The notes below the pieces were generated by a model. It was not told where the DNA came from, did not search any database, and saw nothing but the letters and a program-made list of their open reading frames with translations. The position numbers and the translations under genes are program-made. Positions 52,280-64,000 of a stretch of DNA of 64,000 nt are shown piece by piece (within the stretch, counting starts at the first letter, position 1; each line of letters starts with the position of its first letter). This stretch comes from Camelus dromedarius. Its lineage: Eukaryota. The stretch is from assembly GCF_036321535.1 (NCBI RefSeq), contig NC_087436.1, positions 90,460,001 to 90,524,000 on the forward strand, read 5' to 3'.

Positions 52280-55200
52280 GATCAGGTTAAAGATGATGTA
52301 GAAGGATCCTTAACTCACCCCATGGATCCCATGGACATAGCCAATCTACAACTACATATGAAATAAGTCCCTTAGAAAGAGACCTGAAATCTGGAGGGAA
52401 AGCATCTACAACAAAGGGTAAAAATAGGCATCACAGAGATGGATAGGAGAGGGAGAGATATGATCTCTTCAAGGAAAAATCCACACCCCAGCCATAGCAG
52501 TCTAGAATCAGGAGGATCACAAAGTTATGGTTATTTTCCCTGAGGTGTAAGGAATTCAAGCTCCACATCAGGCACCCCCACCTGCTAGATTCTTCAGAGT
52601 AGATACAAGCCCCCCCAAACACCTAGCCTTGAAAAATAATAGAATACACCCAGGAAAACTAAAGAACTGTAGGGAACTGAAAATTTGCTCTTAAAGGGCT
52701 CAAGTACAGACTCATTTGACCCCAAAACCAGCACAAAAACACTATTTCGAAAAGTGCATGTACTACAGATGGAGAAGACCCATTTATTAATCTCCAAGCA
52801 TCTGCTAGAGAGAGAGAAACCAGTTGGGACACTCCCTGGAGACTGAGACACTGCCAGGAGCCATTTTTGTGATTTCAGTCTACTCTGCTAATGACAGTGC
52901 TGGTGGGCACCATTTTGGAATTCTCCACCTAATTTATTAGCACCAAAGGGTGTGCCCCACTGAGAGCCATGCCTACCTCTACACCTTGGCCAAGTCTCCC
53001 AGTAGACCAAGCAATAGCCCTTCCCACCAACACCTCATAGCAAATGAAACCCTGCCACAACAGAAGAGTGCACACAGCCCACATAGGGGTCACCCCTTGA
53101 GTTCCTGGCCCTGATGATCTGGTGGGATTCCACTTCTGATCTCCACAAGACATGTAAATAAGGCCACTCCTTAAAGACTGGGAGAGATAACTGATTTACC
53201 TAGTACATTAAAACAAACACAGATATTTAGGCAATATGAGGAGATAGAGAAATATATTCCAATTGAAAGACCAAGACAAAATTCAGAAAAATAACAAAGA
53301 ACAGAGATGAGCAATTTACCTGATAAAGAGTTTAAAGATGGTCACCAAACTCAAGAGAAGAATGGATAAACACGGTGAAAGTTTCAAAAAAGAGAAAATA
53401 TTTTAAAAGCACCAAACAAAAGTTATAACTGAACTAAAAAATGCACTAGATGTGTTCAACAGCAGACTGGATGAAGTAGAAAAACAAATCAGTGAACTGG
53501 AAGACAAAACAATGAAACTCACTCAGGCAGAGCAGCAAAATGAAAAAAAAAAAAAAAAAGAATTGTAAAAAGTGAAGATGCCCTAAGGTATCTTTGGGAC
53601 AACGTCAAGTGGAATAACTTTCATATTACAGGAGTCCCAGAAAAAGAGAGAAAGGGCCAGAAAAATTATTTGAGGAAATAGTGGCTGAAAACTTCCCTAA
53701 TCTGGGAAAAGAAACAGACATCCAGGTCCAGGAAGCCCAGAGAGTTCTGAATAATATGAACCCAAAGAGACACACACCAAGATATACTCTAATTAAGATG
53801 GTAAAAGTTAAAGAGAGAATCCTAAAGTAGCAACAGAAAATAATTTATTACATTCAAGGAAAACACCTTAAGGCTATTAGAAGACTTTTCAGTAGGAAAT
53901 TTACAACCAGAAGGGAGTGATATGACATACTTGAGGTGCTGAAAGGAAAACATTTCCAAGAATTTTTTGCCAATTAAGATTATCATTCTGAATTGAGGAA
54001 GAGATTAAGTAGTTTGCTGATAAGCAATAGATCACAGAATTCATCACCACTAAACCTATCCTACAAGAAATATTTAAGGGACTTCATTAAGGTGAAAGGA
54101 AATGGCACTAATTAGTGGTAAGAAAACATACAGCAGTATAAACATCATTAGAAAAGATAAATTTAAAAGGTTGTGGATTAGTCACAAAGCAATCATAAAG
54201 GTTAAAAGAAAAAATAGTAAAAATAATTGAAATTACAATACTTGAGATGCATAATATAAAAAATGGGAAATGTGTCACAAAGTATAAAATATGGTGACTA
54301 GGGGGAGTAAGAAGATAAAACTTTGAAATGTGTTCAAATTTAAATTCTACCAAATTAAAACTGGTTACTACATATATAGAATGTTATATGTGAGCCTCAT
54401 GGAAACCACAAGAAAAAAAAAGAAAACTTATATTAAATACATGAAAGAAAATGAGGAAGGTGGAAGGAATCTGGAAGGAACCCAAGAAAACCACCAAAAC
54501 AAAATGGAAGAATGAAGGAGAAGCAAGGAGCACAGAGAACTACAGAACATCAGAAAATAGTTAACAAAATGGCAGTAAGTACATACCTATCAATAATTAG
54601 TTTAAATGTATATGGAGTGAATTTGCCAATCAAAAGATGTAGAGTGATTGAACGAATAAAAAAAAAGACCCATCTATATGCTGCCTATAACAGATGCACT
54701 TCAGAAGAAAAGGTCACACACAGACTGAAAATGAAAGGATAGAAAAAGATAATCTATGCAAACAGAAATTAAAAGAAAGCTGGAGTAGCTATACTTGTAT
54801 CAGACAAAATAGATTTTAAAACAAGATTATAAAAAAAAAGACAAGGGCATTACATAATGATAAAATGGTCAACCCAGCAAGAAGAGATAACATTTATAAA
54901 TGTATATGTACCAAACAAAAGAGCACTAAGATACATAAAGCAAATATTAAAGGAACTAAAGGGAAAAGTAGTCAGTAGTACAATAATAGCAGGGAACTTT
55001 AACACCCACTTACATCAATGAGTAGATCATCTACACGGAAAATCAATACAGAAACATCAGACTTAGACAACACATTAGATCAGATGAACTTAATCTGTAT
55101 CTGTATTTACATCCATACAGAACATTCCATCCAAAAGCAACAGAATACACAATCTTCAGTTCTCATGAAACACACTTCAGGATAGATCACTTTTTAGATC

Positions 55201-55660
55201 ACAAAACAAATCTTAATGACTCAATAAGGTTAAAATTATATCAAGCATCTTCTGAGACCACAAATGTATGAAACTAGAAATCAATCACAAGGGGGAAAAA
55301 AAAAAAACAGGAAAAACCAAAAAACATAGAAGTTAAACAACATGCTTCTGAACAACCAATGGGTCATCAAAGAAATTAGAGGAGAAATAAAAAATGCCCA
55401 GAGACAAATGAGAACGGAAATATGACATACCAGAATTTAGGGTGCAGCAAAAGTGGTTCAAAGAGAGAACTTCATTGTGGTATAGGCCTACCTCAAGAAA
55501 AAAGAAAAATCCCCCCAAAACAATATAACTTCATACCTAAAGTTAGAAAAAGCAGAACAAATGAAGCTCAAATTTTTAGAAGGAAGGAAATAATAAATAT
55601 CAGGGTGGAAATAGATGAAACAGAGAGTAGAAAGAGATATACAGATATAATTAATCAGGG
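52280..55660 (+). mobile_element. Older LINE-1 5' half (5'UTR, ORF1 ~53235-54110, spacer, ORF2 endonuclease from ~54569); 3' half absent
   Basis: 5' terminus aagatgatgtagaaggatccttaactcacc...caatctacaactacatatg; ORF1-like gctgaaaacttccctaatctgggaaaagaaacagacatccaggtccaggaagc; ORF2 start MAVSTYLSIISLNVYGVNLPIKR. Confidence 0.9.
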
Positions 55661-56499
55661 TTTTGTATTCTGAAATATGACTCTACTTAGTGGTTCTTGT
55701 CATGTTCTGGATAATGGTTTATATCTTAAATATCAATAATAATAAACATTAATCCAGATATTAATGGACTGTTAGATCTGTCCTTGTATATATAATCCTT
55801 TATGTTGCACTGTAAAATTATCCTACATATACATACATATGGAGAGAGAGAGAAAATAAGTAAGCATACTTGAGTAATATAGTATAAATTTGATCAAATG
55901 AAACAAATGAAATGTGACTATAGCACAAAACTTATTTACTGACTATTGCTGTTTGATACTATATTTTGTAAAAGATCCTATGGTCAGACACATCTTCTGG
56001 GCCTTTCTAGGATGAGTCAGAAAGTAGGGAAATATTTTTTAGTTATGATTACAGTGTGTAACTAAGATCCATCCATTCATTCATTCATTGAATTCCTCCA
56101 TCAGTTTATCCATTCATTATTTAACCCTTCATCTATCTAACAGATACAGTTCAACACAAAGTTAGTGCATGAGAATTATATCTAAGAATAAGCAGACTCT
56201 CATGTATACAAAATTACTGGTATATTTTCGTCTATATAACCAGTGAGATACAAAAAATGTCCACATAGCTACACTGTATTCTAGATAATATTATGTTTGA
56301 AATTATTCAGAGGAACTATTTATTTAAAGGTATTCTGAGGAAAAGGCTACTTTGAAATGTAAATAAGAACTTCTTAATTTATCAATAGAGCACAGACTAT
56401 CTATATGTGTTTTTTTTTTTTTTAATGTATAGGATATGTTTTTAAATGCCAGGAAAAAGAGACAACACTCACTCTTAGAAATGCTTCCTCTTTAGGAGA

Positions 56500-56960
56500 T
56501 ATATTATCAGAAACATAGGGCTTAAACAACACCATTTATTTAAAGTTCTGGAGGTCAGAAGTCTGATAGGGTCCTCACTGGGCTAAAATCAGAGTCAGAG
56601 GTCTGTGTTCCTTTCTGAAGACACTAGGTAAGACTCCATTACCTTGCCTTTTCTAGATCCCCACATTCCTTGGCTCATGGTCCCTTCTTCCACCATGAAA
56701 GGCAATAGTGTTGTGCCTCTCTGATCTGTCTTTAATCTCACATCTCTTTCTGACCACAGCCTGAAAAATGTTCTCTATTTTTAATTCTTATGATTAAATT
56801 GGGTCCACATGAATAATCCAGTATATTCTTCCCATCTCAAGTTCAGTACACTTCCTTACATCTTCAGAGTCCCTTTTGCCATGTAAGGTAGCACATTTAC
56901 AGGTTGCAGGGGTTAGGGTGCGTACATCTTTGAGGGAAGGACATTATTCTGCTTCTCACA
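56500..56960 (-). mobile_element. MaLR LTR (MLT1C/D-like)
   Basis: ggcttaaacaac...gttctggaggtcagaagtctg...ccccacattccttggctcatgg...cccttttgccatgtaagg...cattattctgcttctcaca. Confidence 0.85.
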
Positions 56961-59900
56961 GGGGACAATACAAGAGATTTGGAATTTATATTCCAAATTC
57001 AAATTGTTGGATTTGAAAAAATGACCTTTTAAAGGCTATTAGTCACAACTTCCCCATAATAATTAATATTCCACATAAATCAATTAGAATGCAAATGTAT
57101 TTTAAGGATTCTGTCATTTTGATACCTGATCAAAAGGGATATAAACTAATTTACAAATTCTGACCAGTCTAATTTTCTGATCCACAATAAATTAAAATAC
57201 CTTAAATCTTTACAGTTATTAGTGGGAAAATGTATACTGCACAAGACCCATTAATGCCTAGTTTTTCTGCAATTTCCATTTTACCACCGGTTTGAAAATG
57301 AAACCAACAATTTAGCCCATATCTGGATTGAAACTGTGCTAGGACTTTTCATTGCTCTCTGTTTCACAAGAGCACTCCTTATTGACAAAGTTCCATCTTT
57401 AGAGAACTTGACATATTCATCTTGATCTGAAAATGTACCCAAGTACCAGGGAAAGAGCTAAAGTAGGTATAGAAGTGTCCTTTGCATGGATAATGGAGAA
57501 TAGATAGTGAAGGTATAAGCCTTCAGTTATAGTAGCCATTAATTCTTACATGTTCATTTGCAAAATTGTCCACCATCTCAATAATGTGGTTATGAATATA
57601 AATCAATTATGTTTATAAAAGTTAACATTCTGTTAAATTGATGTCTGTCTGAGGGGAAAAATGTTTCCTTTCTAGTCCAGTAAAAGAAACATTTTCTATA
57701 CTGGAAGCTCACATTAAATAACTTTTTTAGATTTCTTAATTTAAGATTAATTTGCTTTCATTATTTGATTGTTTTTCATGAAAGAAGAAAAATCTTCCAG
57801 GATGTTACCATCATGAAGAGGGTGAGGAGTTGTGCAGGGAGAGAGTAAAGGTAAAACTAAGAGGCAAATAAAATAAAAGTACCTGAAAAAAGAGACCCTT
57901 ATTCCTATCATAGTTTTTTTCCCAGAAAATAAATCTGAATATAAATATAGGTAGATTATTTGCTTTATGCTGTGTTAAGCAGAACTTAAATAAAATGACG
58001 CCATGTGTTGATTCAGTCATCTTTTTGTATCACAATATAGGCTTTCTTAATTTCCCAAAGCAGAATAGGAAAATTTAAAAAGCAATCAGTATGCAGGAAT
58101 ATTTACTTACTATCTTAATAAACTTTTATTTGTGCCTAGAGCTGCCATGAAATTACCAAAAAGACATTAATACACAGCTCACTGGAGACTGGTGTATACA
58201 CAGTGATTATGGCTGGGTGTTTTACTTGGGACTCACTTGTTAACTCTGTTTATAATACAGCTACTGGACAGAAGACTTTTTTTAAGTACGTGCTTCATTT
58301 AAATCCCAAGATTGTTTTTCTTTCATACTTCAAGATGCATAGCTATTTATGATATGAATCAAATAGCAGTCTGAAAATATTAAAGACATCTTTAGAATTT
58401 TTTGAGTGATTACAGTAGAGGATAATTTAAATTTTTAATGTGAAGTGAGTAAAAATAGGGTAGTTGATGTTTAAAAAGAAGTAAAAAATCAATTAAAATG
58501 CACTGAGTATTCCAAATGTATTAGAAAAGATACTGACTGTTCATTTCTTCTACAGTTACTTTTGGAAATTCAGAATGTTTGTCACATATACCAGTATTCC
58601 CTCTTCCCTATGGCATAGGGAATATATGTCACAAACCTGTGTGCCATGTTTGGATGTGCAAAATGTGCACTATCCCATCCTATAGGACTCCATTTATGTG
58701 AGCCCCATAAATTTGTATGTTTGATTATCACAATATTCCAGCAAGTGACAATGTATTTGGAAAGATAATACTTACACTACAAATACTTTCTCACAAAGAA
58801 AGGGGAAACTTTGTACATTCAAAAGCACAATATTAACCCGAATTCCTGTCCTAAGCCACCGTTCTTGTATTTTAAAATATTTTGTTTTAGTTCTACTAGA
58901 AATGATGAAATATACTAGGCACCAGAACTGTGAAAAAAAATTAAAGACATTGTGTATTCATCAAGGTACTTGAACTCTTTCAGAAATTCAAATATGCAGA
59001 TTAATAATTAACAGTAGATAACTAAATAAATACCGTAGATAAAATGTGTATCAAGACTCAAATTATGAAAAAATCACCATCATGTTATACTAATTTAGAA
59101 CCTGTAGGGTATTTAGAAATTATATAGACCATAGCCACACAGTGGCACTAAGACTCAAGTTCTTAAACTCAAGTTGTACACTATTTCTGACCCTTATCTC
59201 TGTTTATTTCACTAGAAAATGAAAGTTGAGACCATGAAGACACTGAAGTTTCAGAGATGCTGATTTTTCACATTTTAAAAAAACATATATTCCTTTTAGC
59301 TGATGGTGTGACTTCATATCACTATGACACTAGGAATAGTGTCAGTAAACAATGTAGGCTTGTACCTAAAACTTGACAATAAACATACATGACTAAGATA
59401 ACTCTTCTGAAGCCATTTTTTTTTTCTGTTTTGGCAGATTTCACTAGCCATTTACCGTAGGTTGCTTGTCTGGCCTTCCCCACAGTTCTTCCACAGTTCT
59501 CTCTCTTTGCTGTTAGTAGGAATTGTTACCGTGGCCTGTTTGCCACACCTCCTTTCTTCACCTTCCCACTTCTTTGTGTTCAGGTTGAGTTAATCTAGCA
59601 AAAATCCTTAATGTGGCAAATTTGCTTTCTTTTTTTTTTACCTCTTCATTGTGACTAGGGGAGGTTAAGAGATGGAAGGAGAAAGAGACTCAAACCTTTT
59701 TATTTGCTGTGATTTCATATTGTGCCACCTCTGGAATTTGGAAAGAGTGGTGGGAGGAGAGAAAGCAAGTTTATTTTAGCCCTTGGAGTATCTATGTCCT
59801 TTAATGTAGTTTTTATATGTGATCTCAGTCTGCAAATACATTGCCTAATTTAGCTCTTGGTCACTGACTCAGAACATCTTCAGATTCCCCCCATCCATCC

Positions 59901-60460
59901 ATTTCTCCAAATGTTCACCGATTTCCTCAGCTTTTCCTCCAATTACCTTAGATGACATATATATGCACTTATATGCTGTCACTCCCTTTGTTCATGCAGT
60001 AGACCTTATATTGTCTTACCTGCGTAAGATCATTTCCCTAGAAACTGTCCCTGATTTAGTCCACATGATTATCTTTCACACTCTACCACATTCATCCTAT
60101 CATTTTACAAGTATGTGGGTTTTTCCCCCTCTTAAAATGAACACACCTCAAATGAATGAATTTTCTCCTGACTCCATTCTCCACTTTTTGCCCATAAACT
60201 GCTATTCCATTTCTGTAGTAATCTCCTCAGCAAAATTCCTCAAATAAGTGGTCTGTATACATATTTCCTGTTTTTCTCTTTCATTTCTCATAAACCTATT
60301 CTAACTAGGCTTTCTTACCCACCATGCTACCAAAACTGATCTCATCAGTGACTAACCAGCAGTATTTGAAACTGTTGATCACTCTCATCTTTAATACACT
60401 TTCTTAATCTGGATTCCAGAATACCACAATTTTCTATCATACCAGTATCTCTTTCCTAAG

Positions 60461-60851
60461 TGTTGGAGAAAACAAATTCAAAAGCCTCTTTTAATTGCTG
60501 CAGAAGGGCAGAGACCATGACTATTTGGTTCAACTTTAAAATCATAAGAAGGACTTTATTCAGGACTATTGTTTTAGGTGTCAAGACTGTTACAATAGGG
60601 GAGAGAGATGGGGCTCAATGCGAAATACAGTAAAGTCAGCAGTGATTTACAGTCAATGAGCAAAATAAAGAGGGGTCTGTGGATGGAATATTCCTTTGAG
60701 GAGAGAGATATCAAGAGTATGGAGATTCTTGCTAAACTGACTTAGCAGAATTCTGGACTAGGCATGCTAAAGATAAGGCCCAAGGATGAAGTCTAGTCCA
60801 AAAGCTGGCACAGTGAAGCCTGACTGAATTTTGGTCAAGGAATCTTTGTCA
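60461..60851 (-). mobile_element. ERV1 solo LTR (MER31/MER67-like)
   Basis: TG...CA termini; minus-strand start TGACAAAGATTCCTTGACCAAAATTCAGTCAGGCTT resembles MER31. Confidence 0.75.
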
Positions 60852-62059
60852 CAGCTTCCATTCATCAAAGATTTAAGAGCTTCCAGATGTCCTATTACTT
60901 TTATTGATTCTTACTATTATAATTGACCGAAACTATCCAAACATCATGGTGCCTCTAATAGCTCTCTATTGAACCACTATGTGATACATTATTTCTGTCT
61001 TCCAACCTGAACGTATCACTCCAGAATAGACATTTATCAGCCTTTCGAAACCCACTCTATCTACTTGTTTTTCTATTGTATTCTTGAGGTTTGTTTGCAG
61101 TTTTTAAGCTTTGTTACTTCTTTGGATTACTACTTACTTTGTTCTCTACCTCAGACTTTCTTAAGTTGCTAGATTTCATACCCATACCATAGACTAGCAT
61201 GTTTTGCTAAGTGTCCTCAATAGAAATATTCCTCATAAGCCTTGCCTTATTTTGGTACCAAGGCTTTTCCCTTGACTCAGAAGGGTATCTTGGTGAAACT
61301 GTGGGAATAATAAGATAATGTATTTAACTCAATAGTGTTATTAATTATAATAGTGATTTTAATAGATGCTTACTTAACAAAAAATTGATTGTTTAAACTT
61401 CTTAAAATGTCCTAGTTGACTGACTTCCTTGATATAACATGTTTTATTATTTTTTTAAAATAAATGATGAAAGTGTTTTGTCCATTTCTAATTCCATAAT
61501 TCCTTCCCTCACTCTGCCAAACTCTAATCCTAAAGACTTTTATGAATAAACTCAGCCTCACTCTTGTTGTAAAAAAAACTTGGAGCAGAAGAGGAAGTAT
61601 ATTAGGAACTTAATAAGTCAAGCTTGTTGTGAAATACAGATCTATTTTCTAACATGGCTCATTTCCAATGTGCCTACAGCAACTTGTAGACATGAAATAT
61701 GTTCCCAGTTGCCACTTCTCTCCCCTCCCATATTGATTTAATCTCTGAGTGTGATTTTTATATCAAACACCTCACTGAACAATGAGTTCTTGTAACAATC
61801 AAAAACCAAAGATATTTTCTGAACCACGGACCATATGTTTAAGATCCAGACAATTTTTCCAGCTTCTTCTGGATCCTTCCTCCTATAGGGAATCTTTTCA
61901 GTATCCAAAATGCATTCCCTCTCTGGAGTCTGGCTATATTATGGAGCATATCTAAGATCATGATGCTACTGCTTGCTGGACAGTGCTTCTCTTAGCCTAT
62001 TATACCTTGTTGGGTAAGGGCCTATATCTTCTCACTATTCATCCAGTAAAATGTAACTT

Positions 62060-63742
62060 TCTTAGAGAAAGATATTCTTACATAATACAACTCAACCAAG
62101 TAATAGCACATATCCTGAATATTCCTATAAATGCTTTAAAAATTAATCTTTTTAACATTTTTTATTGATTTATAATCATTTTACAATGTTGTGTCAAATT
62201 CCAGTGTAGAGCACAATTTTTCAGTTATACATGAACATATATATATTCATTGTCACATTTTTTTCTCTGTGAGCTACCATAAGATCTTGTGTATATTTCC
62301 CTGTGCTTTACAATATAATCTTGTTTATCTATTCTACAATTTTAAAATCCCTTCCCACCCTCCACCCCCTTGGCAACCACAAGTTTGTATTCTATGTCTA
62401 TGAGTCTGTTTCTGTTTTGTATTTATGCTTTGTTTTTTTGTTTTTGTTTTTTTAAATTCCACATATGAGCGACCTCATACAGTATTTTTCTTTCTCTTTC
62501 TGGCTTACTTCACTTAGAATGACATTCTCCAGGAGCATCCATGCTGCTGCAAATGGCATTATGTTGTCAATTTTTATGGCTGAATAGTATTTAATTGTAT
62601 AAATATACCACTGCTTCTTTATCCAGTCATCTGTTGATGGACATTTAGGCTGTTTCCATGTCTTAGCTATTGTAAATAGTGCAGGTGTCATCCTGAAGTA
62701 GGGTTCCTTCTGGATATATGCCCAGAAACGGGATTCCTGGGTCATACAGTAAGTCTATTCCTAGTCTTTTGAGGAATCTCCATACTGTTTTCCATAGTGG
62801 CTGCACCAAACTGCATTCCACCAGCAGTGTAGGAGGGTTCCCTTTTCTCCACAGCATCTCCAGCATTTGTCATTTGTGGACTTTGGAATGATGGCCATTC
62901 TGGCTGTTGTGAGTTGATACCTCATCATAGTTTTGATTTGCATTTCTCTGATAATTAGTGATATTGAGCATTTTTTCATGTGCTTATTGATCATTTGTAT
63001 GTCTTCCTTAGAGAATTGCTTGTTCAAGTCTTTTGCCCATCTTTGGATTGGGTTGTTTGGTAGTATCTTATTAAGTCATATGAGCTGCTTATATATTCTA
63101 CAGATCAAGCCTTTGTTGGTTTCATTTGCAAAGATTTTCTCCCATTCCGTAGGTTGTCTTTTTGTTTTACTTATGGTTTCCTTTGCTGTGCAGAAGCTTG
63201 TAAGTTTCATTAGGTCCCATTTGTTTATTCTTGCTTTTATTTCTTCTAGGAGAAAATTTTTGAGATGTATGTCAGATAATGTTTTGCCTGTATTTTTTTC
63301 TAGGAGGCTTATTGTATCTTGTCTTATGTTTAAGTCTTTGATCCATTTTGAGTTTATTTTTGTGTGTGGTGTAAGGGAGTGTTCTAGCTTCATTGCTCTA
63401 CATGCTGCTGTCCAGTTTTCCCAAAACCATTTGCTGAAGAGACTGTCTTTATTCCACTGTATAAAAAATTAATCTATGTTTTAATACCTTCCAAGAGATA
63501 AAACTTAAGACTCAGATACTTTTTGCTAGTAAATTCTACCAAGCATTAAAAGAAGAAATAACACCAATATAATATAATCTCTGCAAGGAAATAAAAGAGG
63601 AGGGAACATTATTTTAAAACCTGAAGCAAAAACATCACAAGAAAAGGCCAATATACTTTTTGGACATAGATCCAAATATCTTCAATAAAATATTTGCAGA
63701 TCAATCCAAAAATACATAAAAAGAATAGTAAATCAAGACTAA
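62060..63742 (+). mobile_element. Old LINE-1 ORF2 remnant hosting the young L1 at 62150-63463
   Basis: cctgaatattcctata...aattaatct / atgttttaataccttcc...gtaaattctaccaagcattaaaagaagaaataacacca is a decayed NRPI..EIE..LP..EFYQ..KEEITP. Confidence 0.65.
62150..63463 (-). mobile_element. Young (camelid-like) 5'-truncated LINE-1, ~1.3 kb
   Basis: ORF2 C-terminal ORFs ([34 protein letters not shown]); perfect 12-bp TSD AAAAATTAATCT at 62138-62149 and 63464-63475. Confidence 0.95.
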
Positions 63743-64000
63743 GTGATTTTGATTTGCATTTTCCTTGTGATTACTGATGTTAAGCACTTTTTCATATACT
63801 TGTTGATCATTGGTTTGTCCTGTTTGAATAAATGTCTGTTCAGGTCCTATGCTCATTTTTGAATTGGTTTACTTAATTGGCTTTTTTTTTTTTTTTTTTT
63901 TTTTGCTATTTAGTTGTAGGTGTTTCTTATATTCTTTGTATGTTAACTCCTTATCAGATATAGGGTTTATGACTATATTCTCCCATTCCATAGGTTATCT
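63743..64000 (-). mobile_element. Old LINE-1 ORF2 3' fragment running off the window
   Basis: gattttgatttgcattttcc...gcactttttcatatacttgttg...aaatgtctgttcagg...tattctcccattccataggtt. Confidence 0.8.

Noticed and set aside
62933..63472. 179-aa hydrophobic ORF on +, and similar ORFs at 3278, 35622 and 45757
   Set aside because: These are antisense frames of L1 ORF2, which commonly look like false membrane proteins.
1..64000. CRISPR arrays, operons, tRNA/rRNA genes, CpG islands, processed pseudogenes
   Set aside because: None seen; the sequence is mammalian repeat-rich DNA with no repeat-spacer periodicity, no structured-RNA signature I could identify and no extended CpG-rich block.

Overview
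This is mammalian genomic DNA: AT-rich, CpG-depleted and dense in repeats, with no protein-coding gene I can recognise. It is probably intronic or intergenic. The LINE-1 3' and 5' UTRs look cetartiodactyl, and the youngest L1 family resembles camelid (alpaca/camel) L1; this is recalled from memory, not database-checked. Transposon fossils include one full-length L1 with target-site duplication (2449-9385, minus), a young L1 with a twin-priming 5' inversion (33778-36004), several truncated L1s, Tigger1 and other Tigger/hAT fragments, MaLR/ERVL/ERV1 solo LTRs, and MIR and L2 pieces. The longest ORFs in the track are mostly L1 or Tigger fragments or their antisense frames. The best non-routine signals are: (i) a well-formed candidate spliced exon at 42339-42472 containing an RFX X-box; (ii) an antisense frame of about 325 codons, broken by one stop, in the full-length L1 5'UTR; (iii) two short palindromic structures. 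I found no convincing novel biological system. Repeat family names are best recollections and need RepeatMasker/Dfam confirmation.
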